Shown here: piece by piece, positions 24,201 through 35,323 of the stretch
Layout of the letters: every line of letters begins with the position of its first letter
Position numbering within the stretch: position 1 is the stretch's first letter
Source: Bilabrum cf. latius
Taxonomy: Eukaryota
Reading direction: 5' to 3'
Length of the DNA: 64,000 nt
Assembly: GCA_965178125.1 (NCBI GenBank)
Contig: OZ237776.1
Coordinates: 434,001-498,000 of the forward strand
Position numbers and translations under genes: made by a program
The notes under the pieces: model-generated
Database searches by the model: none
What the model was told of the DNA's origin: nothing
The model's input: the letters and a program-made list of their open reading frames with translations, nothing else

Positions 24201-24584
24201 GGAGGGGCCACGAGAGAGGGGACAATCGGGGGAGGGGCAGAGCAGGGTGCGATGTCTCGGAGCCGGAGCAACGGGTCAGGAGCAAGCGGCTCGGAGGGTG
24301 CAGCTGGTGCAGCGGAGCAGCCGTCGGTGGTGCTGGATTATGATGCATATGCATAGCAGGTTGAGAGGGAGAGTTAGGGTGCAGAGGTGGAAGGAGGAGG
24401 AGGAGGAGATGCACCTGCCAGTGGGCTTGGGCATCGGGATGAGCATGCACAGCAGCTGCAGCCTGGTGGATCTAGTGGGGAGCACCGAAGATCCACTTGG
24501 GGGGGTGTGGCCAGCACCGTGCACACGACAAATGATGCCAGCATGATGAGAGCCGCACTGGGCTCTGGGCCTGCCTCTCCTTAA
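18201..24584 (+). CDS. Very large (about 2127 aa), mostly disordered protein with C-terminal ankyrin repeats
   Basis: Seven listed ORFs in one frame, joined by 10 TAGs (19371, 20460, 20565, 20610, 21213, 23670, 23961, 23967, 24354, 24375). Ankyrin repeats ALHRAAFRGD, ALHYACEGGH, GNTPQILAVMRG and GRTPA*IA at about 23350-23690. Ends TAA. Confidence 0.8.
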
Positions 24585-24615
24585 CCTGACTGAGATGGTA
24601 GTACTTCGGCATTGG
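24487..24615 (+). repeat. Diverged direct repeat, copy 1 (copy 2 at about 27206-27338)
   Basis: Shared cores gtggccagcaccgtgcacac, atgccagcatgatgagagc, ggctctgg and tgagatg.tagt. Confidence 0.8.
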
Positions 24616-25338
24616 CCGGAAAAGGCACACCTCCTGGTGCAGCCGATGAGGCGGGCAGAGACTGCATGCGTCTCAGGCCTTACTTGGCCAGAATCGTAGC
24701 CATATGGACAATATCTGGCGCAGAACAGAATTGGCGAATTAATTCAATTCAATTCGAGATGCCGTCATCGTCATCCCGTGCTATTTCTGACAACTTGTCG
24801 TGAGTAGTTAGGTGATCATCCTCACACGCATACCCTGTCAAACTCTGCAAGAGCTGCAAGTGTTTGATGCCTTGCATCCGCCTGCAGGAAAGCCAGACGA
24901 CTTGATTGCGCTTGACGCATCAAAATAAGTGGTATGGTACATCATCGGGGAATCAATGTGCGGCGGGATATCGTGATAGTATAATCGCTACCATCGAACG
25001 CTACCGTCACCTTCTAGCTTCTAGAACCTCGCCTTAGGCCCTCGTCCAATATTAGTATTCCCAGGGAGAGAAGCACCTGCACACGCTACTGTACCCTGGA
25101 ACCAGTACAAGCAAGCAAGCACTACGTGTCATTAAGCAAGCATGATTAAAACATGTGATCAATCTTCAAACAAGCATGAGTTATACAGCGATATAAGCAT
25201 GAAGCAGATCACAGCTTTTTAAAGTTGCGAGTACATTCAAAAATGAAATCGGGCTACGGGCCGAGCTGAGCGCGAACAACAGTATAGACATTGTTTTCGC
25301 AGACCACGCAGTGCTTGCGTGCATTTTTACTTGTCAAA

Positions 25339-27156
25339 ATGCCTAAACGGCATCGCGGTCATGATAAACTTGCCGAAGGGCCGTATCCGAAGCGTGGGCG
25401 GGCAGATCCAGAATCTAGGATTCAAGATGGCATGTACCACGGTGTTCGTCATTTCAACTGCGAAGGACCGTCTAAACCAAACATGCATTTCTATATAGAC
25501 CCGCTTTCAGCGCAAAGAACTAAATAGTAGTTGATGCTTGGCAAGGAAATCGATGAAAACATCAGCAAAGAGGCAGGTACTTCTTGCTTCAGGGTCCGAG
25601 GCAGTCCATGAAAACTTCTCTCCTTCAAGCTGTGAGATATAAACTAAATTAGGGCGGAAGATATAGCTGTATTCTAATGAGCATGCATGAAGTGGCGCAG
25701 TTGTCTGCCAGCGATGCTGTGGAAGCAAACAAAATCCTGTCGGCATGCGTTAACAGAGCTTGCCCCAAAGAAACTGCGCCAGACCGCCAAAACCGGGGCA
25801 AACGTGAGAGCGAATATGACCTGGTATTCATGCTCAATGAATGGTCTAGGAATGAAAGGGAGAGAGGTAAACTGGCTGTCATGCTGATCGATGAATTCGA
25901 TGGGCTTCCACGTAGTGTTGCGCAGTACTTTCTATACGCGCTGCGAAACTTGACCAACCAGAATAGCATTGAAAGACCAAAACTGCATGCAGTGGTTATT
26001 TGCGGGCGGGAAGTAGGGGACTGCGCCGCGGAAATATCCGCTTCGAGTTCGGAGAGCCCGCTCAACATGCTCTACGAGACTACGGGACACCTGACAACCG
26101 GCTACCTTCCTCAGTCTGAAGTGCAGTACTTGTTAAAGCAATGGGCGGATTAGGACACAGTAGATTTTAGTGATGATGCTATCGATGAATTCATGGATTG
26201 GACAAATGGATAGCCATGGCTTGTGAATCGTCTAGGATTCCAGCTGCAAGAGCACGTTAAGGCCAGTCGTCCCGGTTCGAACAGTTCCAGGAAGCCGGCT
26301 GCTGGTCGTTCTACCGCCTCTTCCGTACGGGCAATCTCTCAGGTCAGTATCACGGGTGCTACCGTCCGCGAGATGGCTCACTTAATCTGCCGGCAGACGA
26401 CGCGTCCTGTCTCTCGCATGGAGATGCACTTCCAATCATTGTTTCACAGGCTTGCTAACTGTGCGGGAGTCCGAGCAGCGGTTGCTGACGCGCTTAATAT
26501 TCAGAGTGAGGTGCTCGACGGAGTTAAAAGGCGGGCTGGTATCGCTGAGGTGTTGGGCCTACTCAGAGATGGTACAGTCAGTTGTGGCATCTATCGGGAC
26601 ATGCTTGCTCCATTTGTCTGGAAGTTGTGTGCAAAGGACTCCCTACGACCGGGTGTCGACGTCGGCATGGTAGCTGTCACAACGAAGAATGTTGACTAGA
26701 CTCTACCCAGTCGGCGTGGGTGGGTCCCGGACGCGAGAAGTCACGTACGTGTACGCACATGGTGGTCGAAAAGGAAAGGACGGACTAGCGGAAATCCACA
26801 CCGAAGCAAGAGGACAGGCCAAGAACCGAGCGGACGGATCTGCAGCAGCGAGCCATGGCGCCGATGGTCTCATCCGAGACGAAGGCGGCCAAGCCCGCGG
26901 GGGAGCAAGTGATGCCGAGCGCCGCTAGTCGCAGCAAGCAACTCATGAATCACAGGCAGACTCTTCGTCTTCCTCGGCCTCCTCGACGTCTTCAGCTCAA
27001 CAACCAGCGGCCCTTAGTGCGGTGACGCAGTTTTCTGCCGAGGCGCTGAAACGTTCCAGAATGAACTCGAAGAAGGCCGAGAAGGTCAAGAAGAGCAAGA
27101 AAGAGAAGAAGAAAAGGCCACCCAAGAAGTGCAGGATAGCTCTTGTCGTTTTGTGA
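25339..27156 (+). pseudogene. Bacterial-type AAA-like P-loop ATPase, frameshifted (pseudogene or sequence error)
   Basis: Motifs RHFNCEGP..PNMHFYIDPL, GRYFLLQGPRQSMKTS (Walker A), VMLIDEFD (Walker B), SPLN, WTNG*PWLVNRL, HFQSLFHRL and LGLL..GIY. Frame change near 25565 and possibly a second near 26650-26690, so the 3' end is uncertain. Confidence 0.75.
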
Positions 27157-27205
27157 CGACTCGGCTCGATGGCGTACTGAACACAGAGCCGTCGCCGTGT
27201 GCCTG

Positions 27206-27338
27206 GAAGCTCAACTGGGGGGGACGTGGCCAGCACCGTGCACACAGCGAACCATGCCAGCATGATGAGAGCGGTGCTTGGCTCTGGATCTGCCACTCGT
27301 AAACCCGAGTGAGATGATAGTATGTACTGCGGCGTTGG
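27206..27338 (+). repeat. Diverged direct repeat, copy 2 (matches the 3' end of the ankyrin gene)
   Basis: Translates GGDVASTVHTANHASMMRAVLGSG, versus GGVASTVHTTNDASMMRAALGSG at the end of the 18201-24584 gene. Confidence 0.78.
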
Positions 27339-27403
27339 TATTTCTTCAATGGCTTCGGCAGTCTGACACATCTTTTTGGGCACAGTTGACGCCATTGCAC
27401 TCA

Positions 27404-28609
27404 TCACACAGGCAGCGAAACCGCCTCTTCCTTGTCGTCTTCCTGGTTAGCATTGCGGGCGCTGTGCAATACCTCGGGCTAGGGCTCGTCCATGGGGTTG
27501 CGCACCGAAGCGCCGCCCTCTCCATCATCGCCCTCTGCAATCCCGGCCCCATCCTCGTCTGGCGCCGGATGCTTCGTGGACCGCTGCTCTATGGCCGCAC
27601 CCCCTGCGTCACGCTGGTCTCGCATTGACTCACGGAAGTCTAGGATCAAGCAGCAGCCGACAATTGCCAAAAAGACCCCGAGCATTGAATTGATCACGAC
27701 GAACAGCCAGTAGCAAACCTAGGCGTATCCGACGGGTTCTTTCGCGACTGGACTGGACATCAGCTCAGTCCGCCAATCGCTTTCGTGCCTTCCGTCGAAG
27801 TGGACCGCTCCTATGCAGCCGAGGACAAAGAACGCGATCAGGGGCAACACGAACGACAGGACTGCCCAGGCCCACTGAGACCCGCGGCCCGGGGCCGGGG
27901 CGCCTTCGCCTTCATTCCGTGCCTTATCCTCGTTGCACATGTATGCGATTAAGCCACAAGAGGCAGCCGTCCATGCTACCGTCAGCACCAACCATGCCTG
28001 TCCCAAACGGAGCACCCCGAAAGGCAGCCACTCGCTCGTTTCGAACCACACATTATCGCCGGCCGATCCGACGTCACAGAAATCAAAGCTGCCCGATTGG
28101 AGTCCCACGGATATGTACTCAGAAGTGTTGCCAAGCTGCGCTATCTCCAGCGCCCCTGGGAGCTCGTTGGACACCACCGCAATTGCCGTCGCGTTGACGT
28201 CTGTGGACACGCTGGTCTCCACTTCCAGCGGGTACTGCCAGACCTGGGTGACACCCCCTTCTTCACGCGCCGTGAATGTTCCGTTTGTTGCTATTTCAAC
28301 CCATTGTCCCATTGTCACGCTCTGCGATTCAATGAGACCTTTTCCTGACAGTCCCAGTTGCCGTTGCGCGACAATTCGATTCGCCTGCAGCAACCCAGCG
28401 TCAGGGCGCTGCCTCAGGAACAATGGAATATCAGTGCCATTCCACTCAAAGTGAATTGCGCGCCCCATGACGCACGACAAGTCTAAGTCGCCGCTTAGAC
28501 GAACCGCCCGCAATCCCATATGGGTGGCTATGCCTGACACAGCTATCAGCGATATGTAAGCAGAGCATGCTGCACCCACTGGCGTAAGATAGAATATGTT
28601 CTCGGACAT
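27404..28609 (-). CDS. Membrane protein with about 3 C-terminal TM segments; possibly the 3' part of a longer frameshifted gene
   Basis: ORFs 27719-28609 and 27479-27697 are in frame via TAGs 27719 and 27479; ends TGA 27404. An upstream frame (to at least 29247) joins if an 8-bp duplication at 28659-28674 is removed. Confidence 0.6.
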
Positions 28610-29620
28610 TTCGCAGTAGTTTGATGTGTCCGTCTAGTCACTGGTGGCGTAGAACTCCTTCACGACTTCACGACGTCACCACAACCGGGGTAATGTGTAG
28701 TTAGTGACTACAAATCTGGATAAACCAATCGAACCAATTGCTCAGATTCCACGAATCTGGCCTCCGATTTTAGTAGGAGCTCTAATTGAATGAGTTGTGG
28801 TGCCATATCCTGGCCAAGGGCTCCACACATGCTCTCCGGGTGCCTATCTGGTGGATGACTGTCCTGACGGAAGTAGATCCGGGGGTAGCACACTGGAGGG
28901 GGCTAAAAAAAAGTCGTATCATTACATTCAATCATCATCATCATCACCTTCGAGATCTCGCACCGGACCCTCGTCCTAGGCTTGATCTCTGTGGCACTCA
29001 CCAAGGCTCCCTAGTTCACGCAGGATGATCCAGCAACACCTATACCCCGCCATGGTGAGGTCGTGGTGCAGCTGGAGCTCCTGCATCCTCGGGTTTGGGA
29101 TTTAAACCAAAGGTGCACGCCATCACGACTACGCATATTGAAAACAAGCTTGATTAATGAGACAGATTTTACAGGCGCCGTTCCCCTCAGGCCATGGCGC
29201 CGGCAGGGGCAGCATGTATTGCTGCCACTCGACACTCGACTTGCCATGCCTGCATGTGTCGTCCCGACGGCCTCTGAGCTTCCAGACCCTATTTGATGTC
29301 TGCTGCTGCGCCCCCTTGTCCCCGTCCCCCGCTCCCATAAGCCTCACACAGACGCCCTACCCGAGTGCCATGGTGCACCACATGCAGCCAGTGGATAGCG
29401 TCTGCGGATTCCACGGCATCCTTCACCAACTGGCTAGGCGCCAGAGCCCTCTCCCGGTCGCCAGCATCTCTCTGCTAAAAGGCCACCGTCCCAGTTCCTC
29501 CCAACGCCAGGATCCACCACCCCCAATGCCGTGCAGTGCACTCTGCAGCATGCGGTGCTAGTTCCGGTTTATTTACCGGACTTGCGTGGCTTTAATTATA
29601 CTGCCTCAGGTCCCAACATC

Positions 29621-30148
29621 ATGCTTCGAAGGGCAGCTAGCCGCTTGCCTCGAAATAAACCGTTGTATAACGCTAGGATTTCATCGTTGTATGCACGTTT
29701 ATCTTCCAGCCCAGCTACACAGGACGTCAAGGTATTCTTCGATGGAGGCTGCGGCTTATGCACGAGAGAAATAGGCTTTTACAGATGGTTATCAGATAAA
29801 TGTAATGCAAAGCTTCGTTTTGTGGATCTATTTTCCGAGGAAGCAGCTCCAGAGCTAAGATCACGAGGCATTGCCTGGGGTGATGCATTCAAACGAATCC
29901 ATGCTGTGAATCGCAGCGGCGAAATAGTGTCTGGCATCGATGCTTTCCTTGCAATTTGGGCAGAACTTCCTGTGTTTAACGGACTCTCCTCGATTGTCAG
30001 GGCCTTTCCTGGTTTGAGACGTGCCGGCGAGAATGCCTACGTGTGGTGGGCCGCTCGCCGGCCCCGACTTGCAAGTGGGAAGGGCTCGCCCCCTGGCAGT
30101 GACCACGATCTCCATGAACATCATAAGCCTTTTTCAGGCCGAGAATAA
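29621..30148 (+). CDS. DCC family (DUF393) thiol-disulfide oxidoreductase with probable mitochondrial presequence
   Basis: VFFDGGCGLCTREI (DxxCxxC), IHAV..SGEIVSGIDAF..IW and Y.WWA.RR. R/S-rich N-terminus. Ends TAA. Confidence 0.9.
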   Translation: MLRRAASRLPRNKPLYNARISSLYARLSSSPATQDVKVFFDGGCGLCTREIGFYRWLSDKCNAKLRFVDLFSEEAAPELRSRGIAWGDAFKRIHAVNRSGEIVSGIDAFLAIWAELPVFNGLSSIVRAFPGLRRAGENAYVWWAARRPRLASGKGSPPGSDHDLHEHHKPFSGRE

Positions 30149-30694
30149 GCTCACATTCGAGTGCAGTGCTAAGAGCGGGCTCACCAGATTGGGATTGCGA
30201 ACAGTGTGAGGGCTGAGCAAAGGGACGCATCAATGTCACGGTGTATAGTCTAGGTGACTTGCATACCTGGCTAGACTCGGGTGCTACATGATGATGCGGA
30301 CGGATGGCGGCAACCCACACCATGATTCGAGTACCGCGACGGTGTGCCACCGCGTCCAAGGGCAACGCGGAGCACGCTCATATGCGACAGACTCGTGAGC
30401 TGCATCTGAAGATTCAGAGAGTTGAGGCGGCGGATCAAGCGAGGATGGGAGCAAGGACCCCTCGAGCAAGGATTGCTGGCCAGTTCAGCATGCCGCCGCT
30501 CACCTGAGCAGTCGAGTGTGAGGTGTCTAGGTCTCTAAGCCAACAGAGCGAAAGCATGGAAATTGCCAGAACTTATCCTTTCTGTACATCGCAGCCCACG
30601 TAGCCCTACCGCGCGATATAACCCGACTCAACGCCCAAACAACCGATCCCAAGCTGTATCACACTTTGACAAGCCACCAACCAAAAGCCTCCAC

Positions 30695-33600
30695 TCATTC
30701 CTCGATGCACTGCTTCACAATCTCGGCCTGCTCGTGGTTGTGCACGGACAGCGCGCCGGCTGCAGGAGACGACTCTGCCTGCCTACCAACGTACCGCGCC
30801 CTGCCTCCGGACTGCTCCACGCCAAAGTGCTTGCAAGCGGTCTCGATCCGGGGAGCCACGTAGCTCCAGGCGCCCATGTTGCGGGGCTCCTCTTGCGCCC
30901 AGACGATCTCCGCGTTGGGGAACCGCTTGAGCTCGGCCGCCACCGCGTCGAAGGGGAAGGGCGACACCTGCTCCACCCTCGAGATGGCCACCTGCCCCGC
31001 CTTGTCGCCCTTCTCGCCGCCCTCCTTGACCAGGTCTCGCCTCCGCTTGAGCAGGTCGTAGTACACCTTGCCGCTGCACAGCACCACACGCCTCACGTCG
31101 CCCTCGCCTGCCGTCATGCTGCCCTCGGCCTCAGGCAGGAACCGCTGGAAGCTCGAGTCTCCCAGGAAATCCTCCCGCCTGCTCACCGCGTCCTTGTGCC
31201 TCAGCAGCGCCTTGGGCGAGGGGATCACCAGCGGCTTGCGGAAGTCGCGGTGCAGCTGCCTACGGAGCACGTGGAAGTAGTTGGCCGGGGTGGTGGCGTT
31301 CACGACCTGCATGTTGGTGTGCTGCACCTGCTTTGTCGTGTCCCGGCTCAGGTCAGGCACATGGTCCTCCTCGTCGTCGCACGCCTGAAGGAACCGCTCG
31401 ATTCTGCAGGACGAGTGCTCGGGGCCCTGCCCGTCGTATCCGTGCGGCAGCAGCAGCACCAGCCCGCACTGCCTCAGCCACTTGCTCTCGCCCGACACCA
31501 GGAACTGGTCGATGATGACCTGCGCGCCGTTTGCAAAGTCGCCGAACTGGCCCTCCCACAGCACCAGCTGGTGCGGGGACTCGAGCGAGTACCCCAGCTC
31601 GAAGCCCATCACGGCGAACTCGGACAGGTGAGAGTTCGCCACAGTCACGGGGCCCTGGTCCGGGCCCAGGTGCGCCAGCGGCATGTACTCCTCGTTGTTC
31701 CGCTGGTCGTGCAGCACAGAGTGCCTGTGCGAGAAAGTGCCCCGCTCGCAGTCCTGCCCCGAGAGCCTCACCCGGTTGCCCTCCAGAGCCAGGGTCCCGA
31801 ACGCGAGCGCCTCGGCCGTGCCCCAGTCGATGTTCTCGCCCGACTCCAGCACCTGGCTCTTGGCCTTCATGATGCGCTTGATGGACGGGTGCAGCTGGAA
31901 GCCCTCGGGCAGCGCCACCAGGGCGTCGGCCACGTGCTTGAACCTCTCCTCGGTGACCCCCGTGTTGCGGATGGGGGAGTGCTCCCCGGGCTTGAAGAAA
32001 CCGGTCCACCGGGAGGACAGCCACTGGCCCGCGTTCGCCTTCGCGTCGTACGTCTTGGACCGCTCGAAAGAGTCCGCCAGCGCGGTGTCCACCTTCTTCT
32101 GCACGCCGTCCAGCTCCTCCTGCGAGCATACCCCCTGGTCGAGGAGGGCTTGCTTGTAGATCTCCAGCACGCTCGGGTGCTCGTCGATCTTGGAGTACAT
32201 CACGGGCTGCGTGAACTTGGGCTGGTCCAGCTCGTTGTGTCCGAACCTGCGGTACCCCACGAGGTCGATGATCACGTCCGAGTGGAAGGTCTGCCTCCAC
32301 TCGGCGGCCAGCTCGAACACACGCACCACGGCCTCGGGCTCGTCCGCGTTCACGTGGAAGACGGGGGCCTCGAAACACTTGCCCACGTCGGAGCAGTATG
32401 ACGTGCTGCGGGCGTCCCTCGTGTCCGTTGTGAAGCCGATCTGGTTGTTGACCACCACGTGGATCGTGCCCTTGGTGCCGTAGTGCCGCAGCTGAGACAG
32501 TTGCATAGTCTCGTACACCACGCCCTGCCCGGCAAAGGCGGCGTCGCCGTGCATCAGCACACCCACCACGCTGTCTTCTTTGCCCGGCCCCGCCGCGTCC
32601 TGCTTGGCGCGCACCTTGCCGCATACCACCGGGTTGACTGCCTCAAGGTGCGACGGGTTGGCCACCAGCGCCAGGTGGATCTTCCTCCCGTCTGGGTACT
32701 GCCTGTCGAAGGACGTGCCCAGGTGGTACTTGACATCTCCAGTGCCCACCCACTCGGCCTGGTCCTGGTTCCTCCTGATCTGTTCCTCGAGGTCGACGTG
32801 CGTGCCCTGGAACTCGGCGAAGAGCATCTCGGCGGGCTTGCGCACCACGTTGACCAGCGTGTTGAGCCTGCCACGGTGCGGCATGCCAAGCACCATCGAG
32901 TTCACGCCCAGCTCCGTGGACCGATCGATCATGAACTTGAGTCCCGGGATGAGAGACTCGGCCCCTTCGAGCCCGAACCGCTTGGCAGTGTTATACTTGG
33001 TGGCAAGGAACCGCTCCAGCGTCTCGCCGTAGGAGAGGCGCTCCAGCAGGTGCAACTGCTTGTCCCGGTGCATCTTGGGCGGGTGCGGGGTCTGCTCGAT
33101 CCTCTCCCTGATCCAGTTGCACTTGTTGCGGTCCTAGATGTGCATGTACTCGTACCCTACGGGCCCGCAGTAGACCTCCTTGAGTCCGTCCAGCATCTGC
33201 CTCAGGGTGCCCTTCTGGTGCACGCCCAGGAAGCCAGTCACGCCACTGAACCCGCTGATGTCGAACTCACGCTCCATGTCCGCCTCGGTGAATCCATACG
33301 TGGCCGGGTCCAGCTCTGCCAGCACGCTCTCGTCTCCCCTGCTGCCCTCTGGCCCGCCCCCGTCCAGGGGATCCAGCTCTGCCACGAGGTGGCCCCGCAC
33401 CTGGTACGACCGCACCAGGTGCAGCAGCCGGACCACAGCCCCGTCTCCAGCCGCACTGGTACTGCTGCTGGTAACCCCCGCGGCCTGCCCGGACACTGGC
33501 TTGTTCCCTGGCTGCAGAGAGGGCGGTGGTGTGAACGCGGCACCCGGCGGGGCGCCCGCCTCGGTGTTGGAGAAGAAAGCGTCCCAGGAGGCATGCACGG

Positions 33601-33814
33601 AGGCAGGGTCTGCCTTCCATCGGCGGTACATCTCCTCCACGTAGATGGCGTTGGTGCCGCTCATGAACACCTCGCTGGAGTGAGGGGCCTGTGGCTTGGA
33701 GGCAAGGGGCGAGGGCGCCGTGCCGTGCATGGCGCGGCTGGCGGGCTGCTGCCACACAATGGAACCCGAGGCCGCTCGATGCGGCCGCACTGCTGCGATG
33801 AGGCATGAGCGCAT
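30695..33814 (-). CDS. OGDH: 2-oxoglutarate dehydrogenase E1 component, mitochondrial (about 1039 aa)
   Basis: Motifs FMSGTNAIYVEEMY, RSYQVRGH, YEYMHI*DRNKCNWIRERIE (TAG 33134-33136), KRFGLEG, GMPHRGRLN, HGDAAFAGQG and LLLPHGYDGQGPEHSS. Ends TGA. Exact start uncertain. Confidence 0.97.
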
Positions 33815-34426
33815 GGTGTACGGCGTGGTGCGGTCCAGAAGGGCCGTGCAACGAACGAGCCGGGCCACAAAATGGCTTAAGGAAAGCAAACAGCGCGCAA
33901 AACAGCCGTTTACTAGCCCGGAACGAAGAAATCAAGCCATGTAGTCCATATTGATAATATGGAAGTCTACGCGCGTTGAGAAAATAGCGCAGAAGCGTTC
34001 ACGACAACGCGGCAGAACGCTCCATGACACAGATATGCTTCACGGGCAGTCATGCATGACTTAGCAGGCTGAGTGACGTCCCGTTGCACGGAGAATCGTA
34101 AGCGGTCAAACAATCAAATGCCTGCCACGGTTGATCATCGCAAGCCAAAACTTGCGCGAACACGTGCTGCAGCCCAACACACGACATGTCTCAACTGGTG
34201 TTCCCAAATTGCTCACCGCAGGCGCCTATCAACCGTCGCGACCGATTTGCAATTCTACGTAGCATATCAACTCTGAATTAGTATCGAAAACTGCCAGAGC
34301 GGCAGAACTCAAGGCCGCTTGTACGCGTTTGACTGTTGCGGCTTTTTCTGTGCATGAAGTACACGTTACGAATGTGCTAAAATCATAGAATTTTGCAAAC
34401 TGCAATCGCCTATTTCTAGCAAATGA

Positions 34427-35157
34427 ATGATGCTACCGCCCAATTACGAACTATCGGCGGGGATTACACATCAATTAAGAGAGCAATGCGAGAACTTAAC
34501 TCGTTGGCAGGCGCTGGATCGAAGGATGAAGCGTGAGACAAGTTTGCAAGTTTTTGATACGATATTTGTGCGCACACTAGATTCTATGTCACGTTCGTTT
34601 CCGCCCAACAGTGTGCATGCAGTATGTCTGCATATGAGGAGCTGAGTGCGTTGCTTTTGGCTTTGGAATAGGAGACCCTGTCAACTGCTGTCGCAATTCC
34701 AAGGGCTGGCCAGGATACGGCCAGGCACGGCACAATACGAAGTCATATTAAGGCAGAGGAGAGCAGGCTATCTGACGATGTATCCAGATTACGAGATGAC
34801 TTAGTAGCTGCGCGCCTGGAGCGGGAGCGGCGCTTGGAGTACGAAGAGCGAGCCGCTGAAATTGCACGACTTCCCACGAGGGCGGCCCTGCAGGCAGAGG
34901 TGCATGAGCGAACAGCGGAGGTGGATCGCATCAAAGACTAGGTAGCTGGCGCCACTCGCAGAGAAGACACTCGCCGCAAGCAGCTAGCAGCTCTCCTGCT
35001 CGCCCTCCGGGAGCTGGAGGAGGGGATCAGGGGGGAGGAGGCTGCGGACGCGGGAGTGGAGGGAGAGGCGGGAGGGGGGGCAGACAAAGGGGGAGAGGCG
35101 CGGGGGAAAGGGGTCGTGTCGAAAGGATAGGCTGGCGGGGCTGCGCCCATGACATGA
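34427..35157 (+). CDS. THOC7: THO complex subunit 7-like; 5' exon structure uncertain
   Basis: Frame from about 34624: LVAARLERERRLEYEERAAEIARLPTR...KD*VAG...DTRRKQLAALLLALRELEEGI, resembling THOC7 RKNRQEYDALAKVI..PDR and LRRKQF..LL. TAGs 34939 and 35128 (possibly also 34669); ends TGA 35155-35157. Mostly missing from the ORF track. Confidence 0.72.
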
Positions 35158-35323
35158 TGTATCGTGCTCACTCGGATCTTCAAACAGTCAACTCGTCGTT
35201 CGATTGGCACCGTGTGGCATGCTGCAGAGCAATCGAAGAAACGAGAAGAGTAAAGACCCGCGCTTTCAATGCGACTGTGTGGACTCAGTGGCAGCACCAG
35301 ATCCTGCCACCAGGACTGCCTGT

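Noticed and set aside
1797-24584. Treating each TAG-terminated ORF as a separate gene, or the region as mass pseudogenisation
   Set aside because: The fragments stay in one frame and domains span the TAGs. Decay would also produce TAA, TGA and frameshifts, as it does in the true remnants at 50-57 kb.
26205-26230. UAG as Leu, Glu, Tyr or pyrrolysine
   Set aside because: Three conserved columns and the repeat contexts point to Gln. Pyrrolysine is not known in eukaryotes and would not be this frequent.
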